NCBI RefSeq assembly: GCF_046119375.1
Contig: NW_027362772.1
Coordinates: 279,248,001 to 279,312,000, forward strand
DNA: 64,000 bases
Direction: 5' to 3'
DNA from: Phyllobates terribilis
Taxonomy: Eukaryota
Positions 12,172 through 25,544 of the stretch are shown here, piece after piece. A program made the translations under genes and the position numbers. The first letter of the stretch is position 1; each line of letters starts with the position of its first letter. A model generated the notes under the pieces. It was given only the letters and a program-made list of their open reading frames with translations, was not told where the DNA came from and ran no database searches.

Positions 12172-13299
12172 TCCATTTTATTACACTATCCCTAGTTACG
12201 GTGGTTAGAAAAAAAAACTCCATAAAACAGCTCTTAGCAATGAATGAAGATAGCATTGAATCATGACTCATGAGTTTCAAATCATTTTTCATCTTGGTTG
12301 CTGCCTATGCAGAGTGCTGATGATGAAATTAATTTGTCATCGGTGGTAGCGACTGAGATGACAAAGCTCACTTTAATATAACAAGAACTTTGCCAAGTCT
12401 GTCGCTGCCTATGCAGAGCGCACCAGCAGATGACCAACTCGTATACATCGCTGAGCTCTGCATAGGCAGCATCGGGACAAGCATTCAAGGAAGGTTCTCT
12501 CCTCTTACACAAAAATAAAGCAAAACAGTGTAAATATTTGATGATCTTTGCAACTGAGAATTTATCATTAACAAGTCCGCCATTAAAAAGGAGGACGGTT
12601 TCTTTAGCAGGGAAACGTTCCCTGACTTTATCTAAGGCACAAACAAAAACATAAGAGTAAACCGAGCTGTAAAAGTGAATGAGCAGAAGGACAAATTCCA
12701 GGAGGTGTTTTTCTTCCTACGGGCAGACGTTATACCCTCTGTACACATACTGCAACCGAAAAACACCATTTACAAGGCCTGAACTCTGACCGATGAGGAC
12801 AGGCCGAACCAGATCCTCAGGTAAGGAGCCGAAAACCTGACATCTAAAACTAGTAAAAAAAATGAATGGGACGAGCTGCAATAGTTAATTTCCGTGTGTA
12901 AACAATTAGGGGTGCAATGTTCACAGGAGGACCGATCCAACTTGCAGGGCCAGCCTGTTTTTGATCTGCGTGCTGGTTATTTTGCTTTCCATTTGTTCTT
13001 AGGTTGTGTCTGGTATTGTAGTTCTGCACCATTTATAAGGATGAGGTGTAATACAAGACACAGCCTATGGGTGGCGCTATTACTGGAAGAAGAACAGCAA
13101 GTCTGTGAGCCTCCCTTGCCTTCTTATGCAAGGATAGCATATTACAGCTACAGGCCTGTACTCTAAGTAGCCAAATTGGCGACAAAAAAAAAAGTGCAAT
13201 CTGACCAGTTGGAGAGCTATAAGCAAACACAGGACACATAACTTAGGAGTCCAGTGTATTCATGAGGCTCATTTCTGCAGTGATTAATAGGCTGCTGAG

Positions 13300-13755
13300 T
13301 AGAGATGGGCGGATCGATTCACAGGACACTGGCCAGGTCAGTAGTCTCTGGCCGCTGGATATGAGGCTCGCAAATCTCTTATCTCACAGGATCCCCGACA
13401 CGGCTATTGATTAACCGAGCTGGAGTGACGTCATCTGTGCGTCATGCCGCAATGATGACGTCACACCAGACCAGCTAATCAAAAGCCGCACAGGGAGATC
13501 CTGCAAGGTATAGACTCGCACCAATCGTGAATACATCGGTCTAGCAGCCACATCAGTATTGTGTGGTCGTCAGACGGAAGTCCTTCGGATAGCCTCCGAC
13601 CTGACAAAATCGTCTTCTTTGGAATAGCTGGCACGGCTTTGGTCATACCGGGCCGACTTACTCAAAGAAAAGCCAGGGAGATAGGATGGGTTTGGAAGGG
13701 GTCCTGTCCGACGGCTGCAGAATACAGGTCCATAGAATTTATTCGCTCATCTCTA
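13300..13755. mobile_element. Non-autonomous DNA transposon/MITE with TAGAGATG...CATCTCTA termini
   Basis: Short terminal inverted repeats; no coding capacity. Confidence 0.55.
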
Positions 13756-13782
13756 CTTTAAAAAACTAAGTGAAAACTTTAA

Positions 13783-15571
13783 GGCTGTGTGCCCACTATG
13801 CGTTTTTTATGCGTTTCCGCAGCGGCAATTGCGCTGCAGAAACGCTTAAAAAATGCTTGGCAGAAGGTCTGCCATGTTCCCCAATGATAATCTGCATGTG
13901 CTATGCACATGCTGCGGAAATTTCCGCTGCGGATTGTCATTGCGGAAAAATCCACAGCACTACCAATTATTTTGCGGAATCGCGGCAATTTGGCCGCCAT
14001 TGACTTGCATTGAATCGCTTAATATCGGCATGACTACATCTGTACATGCGGATATTAAGCGATTCAATGTGCGGATGGTACCCGTGTCTGGAGAAAAGGA
14101 GACTCTTCTCCAGACCCGGGTACCATAGTACCTGTAAAACAAAGAATTTAAAATAAAGAAAAAAACATTATACTCACCTTATGATGGCCCGCGGTCTTCT
14201 ATCTGGTACGTCTTGGCTCCCTGCTGGCTCGCAATGGAGTAAAAGGACCTTCCATGACGTCATTCAGTCATGTGACAGGTCCAGCGGTCGTGTGACCTGT
14301 CACATGACTAAATGACGTCATGGAAGGCCCTTTTACACCACCGCGACACACCGGGAAGACCCGAGAAGGAGACCGGGGGCCATCGGAAGGGGAGTATAAT
14401 GTTTGGTTTTTTTTACCATTTTTATTCTTTTTGTTAACTAACTTGGTCACACTATATAAAATCCATGCCGGTTGCATGGATTTATATAGTGTGACCTAGT
14501 TGTCAAGCACTTTCCTAGTGATGCTAAAAGTGCTTGTCAACCCACATGCAGAAATGCATGTGAAGAACGCTTCACATCCGCATGTCCCTGGCAGGAAAAA
14601 TGCATGTACAATCCGCATGTACAATCCGCATGCGTTTTTTTCTGCCAGGGAGATGCGGAAATGCTCAGGAAAAATCCAGAGCATTTCTGCATCGTGGGCA
14701 CATAGCCTTAGGCTGCGTGCCCACTATGCGTTTTTCAAGCGTTTTTGCCGCGGAATTTCCGCAGCGAAAATGCTTAAAAAAGGTTTGGTAATAAGTGCCC
14801 CATGGTCCCCAATGATAATCCGCATGTGCTCTGCACATGCTGGGGAAATTTTCACTGCGGATTATCATTGCGGAAAAATACACAGCATGTCCATTAATTT
14901 TGCGGACACTCAGCTTAATTGCCGCCACTGACTTGCATTGAAACGCATATTATCCGTGTCAGCACATTTGCACGCACGGATATTATGCGATTTAATGTGC
15001 GGATGGTACCCAGGCCTGGAGAAGAGGAGACTCTCCTCCAGACACGGGTACCATAGTACCTGTAAAAGAAAGAATTTAAAATAAAAAATAAAGATTATAC
15101 TTACCTTCCGATGGCCCCCAGTGTTTTCTCCGCTCCGTCTGGTCTGTTGTATGGGTCGCTGTGGTGTGAAGGACCTGCCACGACGTCAATGAGTCATGTG
15201 ACAGGTCACACCACCACGACCGATACAACACACCGGATGCAGCGGAGAAAAGACCGGGGGCCATCGGAAGTTAAGTATAATCTTTATTTTTTTATTTCTT
15301 ACCATTTCTATTCTTTTTTTTTAACTATTACTTGGTCACACTATATATGCCGGTTGCATGGATTTATATAGTGTGACCAAGTTGTCAAGCACTTTTCCAA
15401 GTGATGCTAAAATCGTTTGGAAAAGCGCTTGATAACCCGCATGCAGAAATGCATGCAAAAACGCTTCACAAACGCTTCTACCTGGCAGGAAAAACGCATG
15501 TAAAATCCGCATGCGTTTTTCCTGCCAGGGAAAAGCGGAAAAAATATGCAGAATTTCTGCATCGTGGGCAC
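13783..15571. mobile_element. Two head-to-tail PIF/Harbinger-type MITE copies (13783-14707 and 14711-~15571)
   Basis: TAA|GGCTGTGTGCCCACTATGCG ... GCATCGTGGGCACATAGCC|TTA|GGCTGCGTGCCCACTATGCG ... GCATCGTGGGCAC. The two internal sequences are homologous. Confidence 0.8.
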
Positions 15572-16749
15572 TTAGGATACAAGATTTTTGCTCCATTCTG
15601 GCTACAAGGGGTACTACAAAATGTCTCTTTGTGATGTAGAATAATCAGACAGAAATTCCCAGGATTGCTGAAGTTTCGGCACCTGCACACATTGCCCCTG
15701 ACACCCCTCCATTCATTCAGACATTGCAGATCACTTTTGTGGCCTTGCACAAGCTAAATATAAAAGCTGCTGATCTGTGCAGCACCAGGGGCTGGAACAC
15801 CGCCCTTCTCAAATAGCAAAAGGGCAAAAATGAGAGGCCGCTGGGATCATTAACTCCTGCCGGTCACAGGACACTGCAGCTGACTATATATTTGCTGCAT
15901 GCTATAAAGTGATGTAAATTATTGCACATTTCTGATTCTGGCCTTGGATACGTCAAATTTATTAGAACTTGGTGCATTGTATATTTTTCGAGCCTGGAAT
16001 AAGAAACGCCAATCTTGATGAATCCGCCACCAAATTTTAAAGAAAAAAAAAAATTTTTTTTATTTGCGTCATTATTTTCTGAGACCCAAAACTGGTATTT
16101 TTCTGTTGATGGAGCGTGATTTTTGCACAGCGAGCTGGTGGGTTTTTTTTCTATATCATTTTGGGGTAAATCAGTTTTTTGTGTCATGTTATGGGAAGAT
16201 TCAGTGACCGAAAGGAGGCAATTCTGGCGTTTCAATTTTTTTTTTTTCTTTATGGCATATACATTTGTGGGTTAAATAATTTTAGATTTTGATAGATTGG
16301 ACTTTTACAGATGCGGTTATACCCAAATATGTTTATTATATAACTTCTTAGTTTTGGAATTGGGAAAAAAAGGGCTAATTTAAACTTTTAACTTTTTTTA
16401 AATATCTTTAAAACTTTTGTTTTTACTATTTTCCCTTTTTTTGTTAGCCCTTATAGGGAACTTGAACCTGTGATCGTTTGATCGCTTGTATTATATATAG
16501 CAATACTTCAGTTATTAATGAATATGGTAAAAATCATGAACTTATATAAAGCGCAGCACAAAGATGATTTCGATGGGGGCATCCAAGGGGCTTGCAACAC
16601 CCTTAACAACTTGTGATCACAATGCTGGGGAAGGGGTGAGGTCGTCCCAATGTCCAACCAGGATCATACTTAAATCATGCCTTCAGGAGATTGACAGTGG
16701 CATTTAAGTGGTTAAACGACAGCAATTAGAGTTGAACCTGCCCCGTGTG

Positions 16750-17152
16750 GTGCAGGATCTGCTCCATTTATTGTCTATGGGACTGCAGGAAATAGTGGAG
16801 CACTGTACTCGACAGTCCAATAGACAATGGTGAGGTGACCGAGCATGCGCATCTCTGCTCCATTCATTGTCTATGGGACTGCAGCAAGAAGTAGAGTGCT
16901 GTACTCAACAGCACTGTAGACAATGGTGCGGTGGCTGAGCATGCGCATCTCTGCTCCATTCATTGTCTATGGGACTGCAGCAAGAAGTAGAGTGCTGTAC
17001 TCAACAGCACTGTAGACAATGGTGCAGTGGCTGAGCATGCGCATCTCTGCTCCATTCATTGTCTATGGTACTGCCGGAAGTAGTGGAGCTCTGTACTCTA
17101 CAGTCCAATAGACAATGGCGCATTGGCTGAGCATGTGCATCTCTGCTCCATT
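16750..17152. repeat. 96-bp tandem repeat, ~4 copies
   Basis: GAGCATG(C/T)GCATCTCTGCTCCATT recurs at 16841, 16937, 17033 and 17129. Confidence 0.9.
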
Positions 17153-17978
17153 CAGAAAGAAGCTGCAGACTCCATGGTCTCGATATCGGTGGGGATACAG
17201 ATGATCAGCAAGTTATTTCCTATAAGACAGATAGGGGGTAACTTGATATTTTGGGAGTAACCCATTAAAGAGGATTTCCTCGATCCACATCTACCATCTC
17301 CCCACAGGACAGGGGATAAATATCTGAACATATCCCATTTGGGGTGCAGTGAGGATTGCTGGCAGCTCTTAAGATATTGCCTTGCTCTGCTCAAACTTCT
17401 CATCACTGTGGTGGGGAGGAATAGTGGGCTCGGGACCCCCATTACAGTTCTGTAAATTGTGCCTTTTAAGACTAAAAAAAAGTAAGAATCTTAAAAACAA
17501 GGTAAAAAGTAGAAAAAGGAGAGGAGCCGCCTCTGGCAGGACAGCGGGGACGGCACATTCTGTCCAACCTGTTTGTGGACAGCGGGAACTTGTATTGATC
17601 TGTATAAAGGTTGATGGGGAAATTCTGCAGAACGACCGACCGTAGAGACTGCGCAAAAGTGCAGCGAGGTAAAGGGGGGTCCGTTATGTTTTAAAGGTTA
17701 TGTTTCAATAAGTCGCCATTTTCAAAAATATTTGCAAACTGATATAATGAAATTACCTGTATTTAGAATAAAAAAAATGAGGGACACTTTTTAGGTCTCA
17801 GTGGAGTGACATTTGGCTTCTCCCCACTTGCTCACGGGGATGTGTGCGGGGCCTAAGAAGGCATCCAAGCACACAAAAAAAAGAAAACAGAGAAGGTGTT
17901 GCTTTCATGGTCTCACGATTTTGGGGATCATTTTTTCTAGCATACCATCAAAAATGAGATGATTAAAGTTGGTCCAGC

Positions 17979-18646
17979 AGCGGGGATCTCTGACAGCCAC
18001 CTCTGCGGGGATCTCTGACAGCCACCTCTGCGGGGGATCTCTGACAGCCACCTCTGCGGGGGATCTCTGACAGCCACCTCTGCGGGGGATCTCTGACAGC
18101 CACCTCTGCGGGGGATCTCTGACAGCCACCTCTGCGGGGGATCTCTGACAGCCACCTCTGCGGGGGATCTCTGACAGCCACCTCTGCGGGGGATCTCTGA
18201 CAGCCACCTCTGCGGGGGAACTCTGACAGCCACCTCTGCGGGGGATCTCTGACAGCCACCTCTGCGGGGGATCTCTGACAGCCACCTCTGCGGGGGATCT
18301 CTGACAGCCACCTCTGCGGGGGATCTCTGACAGCCACCTCTGCGGGGGATCTCTGACAGCCACCTCTGCGGGGATCTCTGACAGCCACCCCTGCGGGGGA
18401 TCTCTGACAGCCACCTCTGCGGGGGATCTCTGACAGCCACCTCTGCGGGGGATCTCTGACAGCCACCCCTGCGGGGGATCTCTGAAAGCCACCCCTGTGG
18501 GGGATCTCTGACAGCCACCCCTGCGGGGGATCTCTGACAGCCACCCCTGCGGGGGATCTCTGAAAGCCACCCCTGCGGGGGATCTCTGACAGCCACCCCT
18601 GCGGGGGATCTCTGACAGCCACCCCTGCGGGGGATCTCTGACAGCG
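17979..18646. repeat. 26-bp GC-rich minisatellite (GCGGGGGATCTCTGACAGCCACC(T/C)CT), ~25 copies
   Basis: Direct tandem repetition, with two variant zones (CCT then CCC). Confidence 0.97.
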
Positions 18647-18999
18647 ACCAACCGGGAGGGGGAGGGGGGGGGTCTGCCAGCAAACTGCGGGGATCTGCCA
18701 GCGACCGGGGGAGGGATCTGCCAGCAACTGGAGGGGGGAAATCTTCCAGGGATCAGGGAGGGGGATCTGCGACCCCCATCATGTGCTGTGCTGACAGCTG
18801 TGCCAGGGTCTCGCAGTTACACGTAGCGGCTGCGACAGAACATGGCGGCTCCCTGGTCGCCCGGGAACACTGCGGCAGACACCGTGTGACCCGGACTGTA
18901 GAGCGGGGCGTCGCCTCAGCCCTGTCATGTCCTGTCCCGCCTAGTCTTCCTCCCCAGCCCTGTACATGGCCGTTATTCCAGCCTATACTCGGTGCTTAC

Positions 19000-19100
19000 C
19001 GGCAGCCGTGCCCCAGCCTCTCCTCACGTCCTGCCCGGCTTCCTCCGTCTTATGTCCTCAGTGTACAGAGCGGTGCCGCCTCTCCGGGCCCACGGTCCTC
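19000..19100 (-). other. Candidate non-coding first exon of SLC37A4 within a CpG island (18660-19110)
   Basis: Minus-strand donor GCTGCCG|GTAAGC at 18998-18999 in a CpG-rich block. No other gene is recognisable between it and the acceptor at 5277. Confidence 0.45.
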
Positions 19101-22100
19101 TCTGTGGGGGCCTGTGAGAAAACACTAGTGAATTTGCCACACTAGCACTGACTGGAAAAAACTTCAGTTCTTGTTAAAAAAAAAACACAAAAACATTTTC
19201 CAGTTTAACCCTTTCCTTCATTTTTTTTTTTGTCTGTCGCTCCCCTTTTTCCATGACTTCCCTTCTTTTTTTTTTTTTTTCATTTTTCCATCATTATGTA
19301 CGGTACGGGCTGTACCTCTGTATAACACCGTTCATTTTACTATATAATATACTGAAAACCGGGGAGAAAAAAATACAAGCGGGGTAAAACGAGAAAAAAA
19401 AAAATTCAATTCCGCCATTTTTTTTTTGGCCTTTTGTTTTTATCGTGAGGTAAAAATTACCCGGTAATGTGATTCTGAGGGTCGGAGATGTTACCCAGAT
19501 GTTTTATATATATAATTTAATGGTTAAATGAAAAAAAACTTCAGAAGTTTATTAACGTCTAAGCTCACTGCCATCGCTCTGTCTCCAGCGCCATCTTACC
19601 CAAGACCTCTCCCCATCCTAATTATCAAAGACCCACAGTCTCCAACACCACTATAGACATTTTTTGGGAATCACTATGAACCCCATCTAGTTCCTTGCCC
19701 CTGTTAGTCTCCAGCACCCGTTACACTATGAGCCTTAGTCATATTTTGTCATTTATTTTTCTTTTTAACCAGTTTTATTTCGCGCAAAAATTTCAGGTAG
19801 GCAAAAAAATCACTTAAAAGGGAGGAATGGAATACATTTGTGCAAAAAAAAAAAATTCAACTTTTTAGAAAGTGACAATTGATGATAGCCACAAAAATCT
19901 GGGGAAAAAAAAAAAAAATATATGCAAACATAATAAAAAAAAAGCAAACAAGAAAAGGCAAAATTGACTTTGAATCAAAATTGACTTTGAATTTGGCACA
20001 AATAAAAAAAGAAAAAAAAAAACGCTAAAACCCCCCAAAAATAGACACCACTTCAACCGCAGAGGATCCGCTGCTGCTTCAGTACAGGAAGCGACGACGT
20101 CCCATTCTTTGGTCACTAGAACGTAGTCGATTAACTGGAACGGGATGTTATCGTGCGTGCCTTATACACTAATGATCAGAGAAACTAATTTTACATTTTA
20201 GGAATTTAATGAACCCAACAAATTTAAACAATATTGGACACTTGGCGTGAATTAACCAAAATAGCCACCGCCATTTTACACATTGCAGAAGGTTATATCA
20301 GCCAGAGAAGGATCACATGACTTCCAGGCTTCCCCATAATGCCTTACAGCTATCACATCACATGACATACCACAACCAATCAGGAGAGCCTATCATAGCT
20401 TGTATAAAAGCCAAGGCAGGAAATGCAGCAGCCATTACGTGGTGAATCCGGATAATGAGAGGAAGTCCCATCTTAACCAGGGATAGGGCGAGAAATCCAT
20501 AAACCACTGAAGAAACCATACAGATAGTAGCGTGGGATGGTTTCCATCCGTTAACCCATAAACGATGAAGTCACTTGGACATTATCAAGGCTGTGCTCGC
20601 CTTAAAAAGCTTGAAAGAGTTTGGATAAAGTCCTAGGAGACCTCAGAAGATTACACACATCTTATCGGGACAATTGGAGGCTTTAGAGTACTTTTAAATC
20701 ACAGAAAATCGTTCCTTCACTGAGCCTCTTTTTCTTGTTAGCTGGACTAGATCTTAAAGGGGTAGTTCCACAAAAAAAAAAAAAAAAATCGCCTCTCCAT
20801 ATGATAAACATATGTTCCCTGGAGATCCGGCTGCTGAGAGCCCACTGATCCCGAGAACAAAGGACTCTTTAAGTCCTGTTGAATGAAAAGTTGATGTTCA
20901 TGTGCAACCACTGCCCTACAGATTGTTTATTACTCCTGTAGCCAGTTGATGGTGCAGTGTTCGCACATAATCACTAACGTCATTTACAGAGGACTTCACA
21001 AACCCAGTTCTGGTGGTAGATGGGGTCCCAGTGGTCAGACACCCAATGATTATACAATTATAACCTGCCCTGTGGAGAGGTGATCTATGTTGTTCATGGG
21101 ACAATCCCTCTAAGGTTATGTTCAGACAACTGAAACTTTCGGTGATCCTGCCTTTGAACCCCTTTTTTAATTATTCATTTGAATCGGACCATTGACTAGA
21201 ACGGGCTCAGTAGGCAGTCCAATTTGCGACTTCTGCTTATACCGACTGAAATCTGAAAAAAAAATTGTCTATTTGAAGAAGACATTAATAAAAATAAATA
21301 GATTTCTGAGGGAAGCACTGCTTAATATTCATGGGCCAGAGAATGTGGGAAAGGCAGCACTTGTTCAACATTGCAATTTTCCATTATTATGTAACAGCCT
21401 CGGTCTTCATCCCGAGCCATGGAGACTAGACCGGTCCACCAGGGTCTTCGCCATTATCTTGCTGGTCTTCCTCTTCACCTTGTTGCTTCTATTCTTCCGA
21501 CCATGACATCCTTCTCCAATGATTGCTCTCTAAGTACGATGTATCCAAAAGTAGGAAAGTCGTAGCTTGGCGATTCTTCCCCGATGACCAAAAAACCCCC
21601 CAAAAACGAAGAAATATTACAACAAAAAATGCTTGTTGCTTCCAAATCTTTCAGAGGCAATGTTTTTACATAAATACATGTACTTTCATACAGCTTCTAT
21701 GTATCACAATACCTATCAGGATGGTATCAGTGCACACTGGGTTTTTTTTTTTTTTGTGGGCTTTTATTTTGGTGCAGAAATTGAGAGGAAACTGTCTAAA
21801 TCCCCCTCAAAAACTTGGGATGTTCTGCATCAAAAGACTGTTCATATAGACTGCAGAATGAGTTAGGCTATGTACTATGATACATAGAGACTGTAGAAGC
21901 CAGACAGGCTAATATTTTAAAGCACCACTCCAGCGACTTTGTTTTTTTTTTTATCATGGCACTACTAATCTAAGTTCCCTGCCCCTAGTCTTATACTTAC
22001 TAGCCGCCATCTTCATCTTTTATCGATGCCGTTCCCTAAGTCTGTGACTGGTCAGATTGCTCTAGTGTTTGCCGGGCGGTCCAGAAATCACAACTCAATG

Positions 22101-25100
22101 TAAGGCTATGAGAGCCAGAACGAGACCCTCATAGACTTACATTGAGAACTCGTGACCGTTCCCCTCAGACTTTCGGTCAGTCAGAAGTTGAGGTCTGAAG
22201 ATGGCGGTGCAGAACCGGAGCGACACCGTGAACAGCTGTAGACAGCGGCTGGTAAGTATAAGACTAGGGGCAGGGAACTGACATTCGTGGCATCACATAA
22301 AAAAAACTTATTGCAAAATAAATACTTTAGTCAAAAATACATGCATTCAAATAAAAATAAAAAAAATCCACAGAAAGTGTCCCCCGGTAGCAGCAAACAG
22401 ACAGGGGTCAGAGAGATTCTTAATAACACAGTCTCACTTTCAGAAATATAAAGAACTTTATTATTTTGTTTTCCTAAATTCTGCAAATGGTAAAACAGCA
22501 CAGTTCTGGAGAAAAAAAAAAACCCTGGACGCAATTTAACAGGAGGATCCTGGCTTATTCAGCGAGAACTTTCTCCACCGTCTCGGGACACTTGATGAGA
22601 ACCTTACACTGTCTGGGAGCCAGGACTGTCATTTTTATATTTTTATTACAATGCACTCAAAAGGAAACAAACCAAAATTAAGACCTTCCTAGACTTCACT
22701 CAGCCAAGGGGGGGGGGGGGACGGGGGGACGGACACCATCTTGTATTGCAGTAAGTGGCTGCGGATTACAATGCAGCTTTGCTTTGGCAAGAAATACATT
22801 CATATATCTCCCAATTTGGATCTACGACAAGCTGCCCCGCTTCTACAATACAAAAAAAACCTGCATAGAACGGCTTAGATATTAATTAAAAGAAAAAAAA
22901 AAAGATTTTTTTTAAACTTGCAACTAGTTTAGTTTTTCACAAAATTTCAAAAAAATGGCAGAAAAAGCGGGTGGCAATGGTTGGAGGGAGTGTGAAGGCG
23001 ACACAACCGCTCCCAAAAGATTTATTTAAACTTGCACTAAAATTATTGTAGCACAAACCAGTGTAAGACACATGTGTAAGTAAATCATCCCCACTGAGAG
23101 AAGGGAGTTTTTAAAAACCTGTTCATTACAATATAACATCAGCAAATTACCGAATGCAAAAAAATAAAATAAGATCAACCATCAAAATGAGTGTGACCCT
23201 GTAGTACAAACATGAGGCAGGATAAGTTACTATGGAACAGAGCAGGATGAAAAAACACAGAAAGAAGTAGAAGCAGAGATATTTCATAGGGATGAAAGGA
23301 GCCAAAGCAGCCAGAATATAAAGCCCTCTACCTATTTTGGAGCTCAAAAAGGCATCTTTAGGAGGTCAAAAAGAAATTGGATCAGTCAGGACAAAACAGC
23401 AAAAACGTTGCTAAACTTTAGAGAAGTTTTTGTTTTTTTTTCCAAGCTTTGCCATTATTGGGACGAAAGCTCGACTATCGAGCTGTATCACAACTAACTA
23501 AAAAGTGCCATGTACCACAGATCTAGGCAGCAAGTGACTGGTGTAGGAGAAAAAAAAAACATCCACAGCAAATCTAAGAAGAAAAAAAAATGTACACAGA
23601 TTCTATGAAAGAGGCTACGAAGTTTGACGAACATTGTACCCATGTGTTACATGACAGTGGTTATGTCACGGGTACACGTGTAGCACAAGTATGAACTGGA
23701 AAGGACATCGCTCACCACAAGCCAAGTTTTATCTAATTGTAAGGGGAGAAAAAAAAATCAAAGTGTGTTCTGATATTTAAGTGCCAAAACCAAATATGAA
23801 CAGAATATAAATAGACCGGATATTAGATTTGTAGCAGAAAAAATAGGCGATTGATGCAAGAAGCAGAATACGCCTCACCTAAATTGTAGTTACAGCATCT
23901 TCACCAGAACATACCCAGGACACAGCAAGTGTATATGGCGTCCTATCACGGTGACCGCACCCATCACAAGAACAGGGGTCTTAAAGTCCCTTGTATGACT
24001 GGATCGGTAGTGAGCATCTGCGTCCGCTGCTCCAGTCACTGTGCGGTCGCACATGCTCACTACCACTCCATTCACAGAGGGATCGTCGGGCCCCCCGTTC
24101 TTAGGATTGGTGGACTCTGATAGATTACTGTTATCTAATGCATAGGTAGGTGAATGTTTTTGTATTATTATTACTACTATTAGACAACATTCTTTAATAG
24201 AAATCCTTAAGTGAAGCTAAAGGGGTCCAGGAACTGCTAATAGCACGATGGTTCCTTTGGGTCTATTCACAAGTCGTTTGCAAGGGATATAACATATACC
24301 TTCAATGGATGTTACAGTTAAAGCATACCAGAGATCCACAGCCCAAAGTTTCCAAAAGTTAAAAGTAGATCACATGATATACAGATATTTCCCCCCACCC
24401 ATAGATTAATTGACCAGAGATGAGGGAATCAATATGCAGGATCCAATAACAGCTGATCCGGGGGTCGGACCCCAGCCGATCAGACAATGATGACCTATCA
24501 ATGTAAAAGTAGTGGACAACCTCTTTAATTATGTGGCTTGGTGCAATGTCGTGTGTGCGTTATGCCAAGCCACTTACTTTAAAAAAAAAAAAAGGATCGG
24601 CAGGTAGGAGTCCCCTCCTGACCACCGAACCAGGGTCCTGCGAATTTATTTTGTCATCTCTACAGCTGATGAAAAGATTTACCAGCGTCACAAATACCGA
24701 AAGAACATGGGACCCTATGGAAACATTTGGCAAGTGCACAGAGAGCGTTCTCAGCGCACGCACCAAATAGACACCGCAAGCAAAATGTGAATATGTGCAA
24801 GCAAAGGTGACCAGAACTCATGGGCATCGTTAGTTGCTTTTTTTGCCAAGTTTTCCGTTTGATCAACTCTTTAATAAGTCACCCAAAGAACTTGGACAAA
24901 CAGACAATGCGCTAGTCCCCACTTATCCCATCCTTGCAGATGAACTTTTAGGAAACTAAGGCTGTAATACTAGAAAGCAGCTGAAGAGAGGAGACACTAA
25001 CCGGAAAGTTATTGCAATATTTCTTATCACCGTTAACCATCTGGAGAGAGAAGTTTAAGACACAGACACATTCTTTATAATGGCAGCCTTTTCTTTTTGG

Positions 25101-25544
25101 TGTAATGTCATTAGTAATTACATCAGGCCAGTCTCATTGGTAGACTTTATGTTTCCTCTGTGACACCAGAACAATTTTTTATGGCCTTTGCTTAAAAAGG
25201 GAAGAAGTTAGTTGAACAATCTTGAAGCACAAAAAATCATTGAGACTTAAATTTTTCCAGCAAAAAAATGCTGCATCTTCCTGTGTACACCCAGAGTTAA
25301 ATAAAACACAAAACACACAAAAAGGTAACAAAAACTTTCTAACATGGCTCTGACAGGACAGAAATATACATCTGAAGAACAGTTGTCTTTTTTTTTTTTT
25401 TAAGGTTTTTTTTTAGTTTTGGAAAAAAAAAAAAAAAGTAACCAAAAATAAAAGTTCAGTTTGTCTGAATCCGTTCAGGGTCCATTACAAAAAAAGTAAT
25501 GTCAATAAATATGAGTGCCAACGTAGATGGAGGATGTCACAGAG

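Noticed and set aside
12316-12356. C/D box snoRNA-like ATGATGA...CTGA
   Set aside because: The boxes are only ~30 nt apart with no terminal stem, and the site lies in a hairpin repeat.
17905-18727. 248-254 aa ORFs
   Set aside because: Translations of the 26-bp array.
18841-18888. Strong-Kozak ATGGCGGCT start in the CpG island (plus strand)
   Set aside because: It closes after 15 codons (MAAPWSPGNTAADTV*) and is better read as a YY1-like motif.
21192-21660. Purine-rich, exon-like segment downstream of HYOU1
   Set aside because: The frames are short and closed, with no recognisable homology; it is more likely UTR or intergenic sequence.
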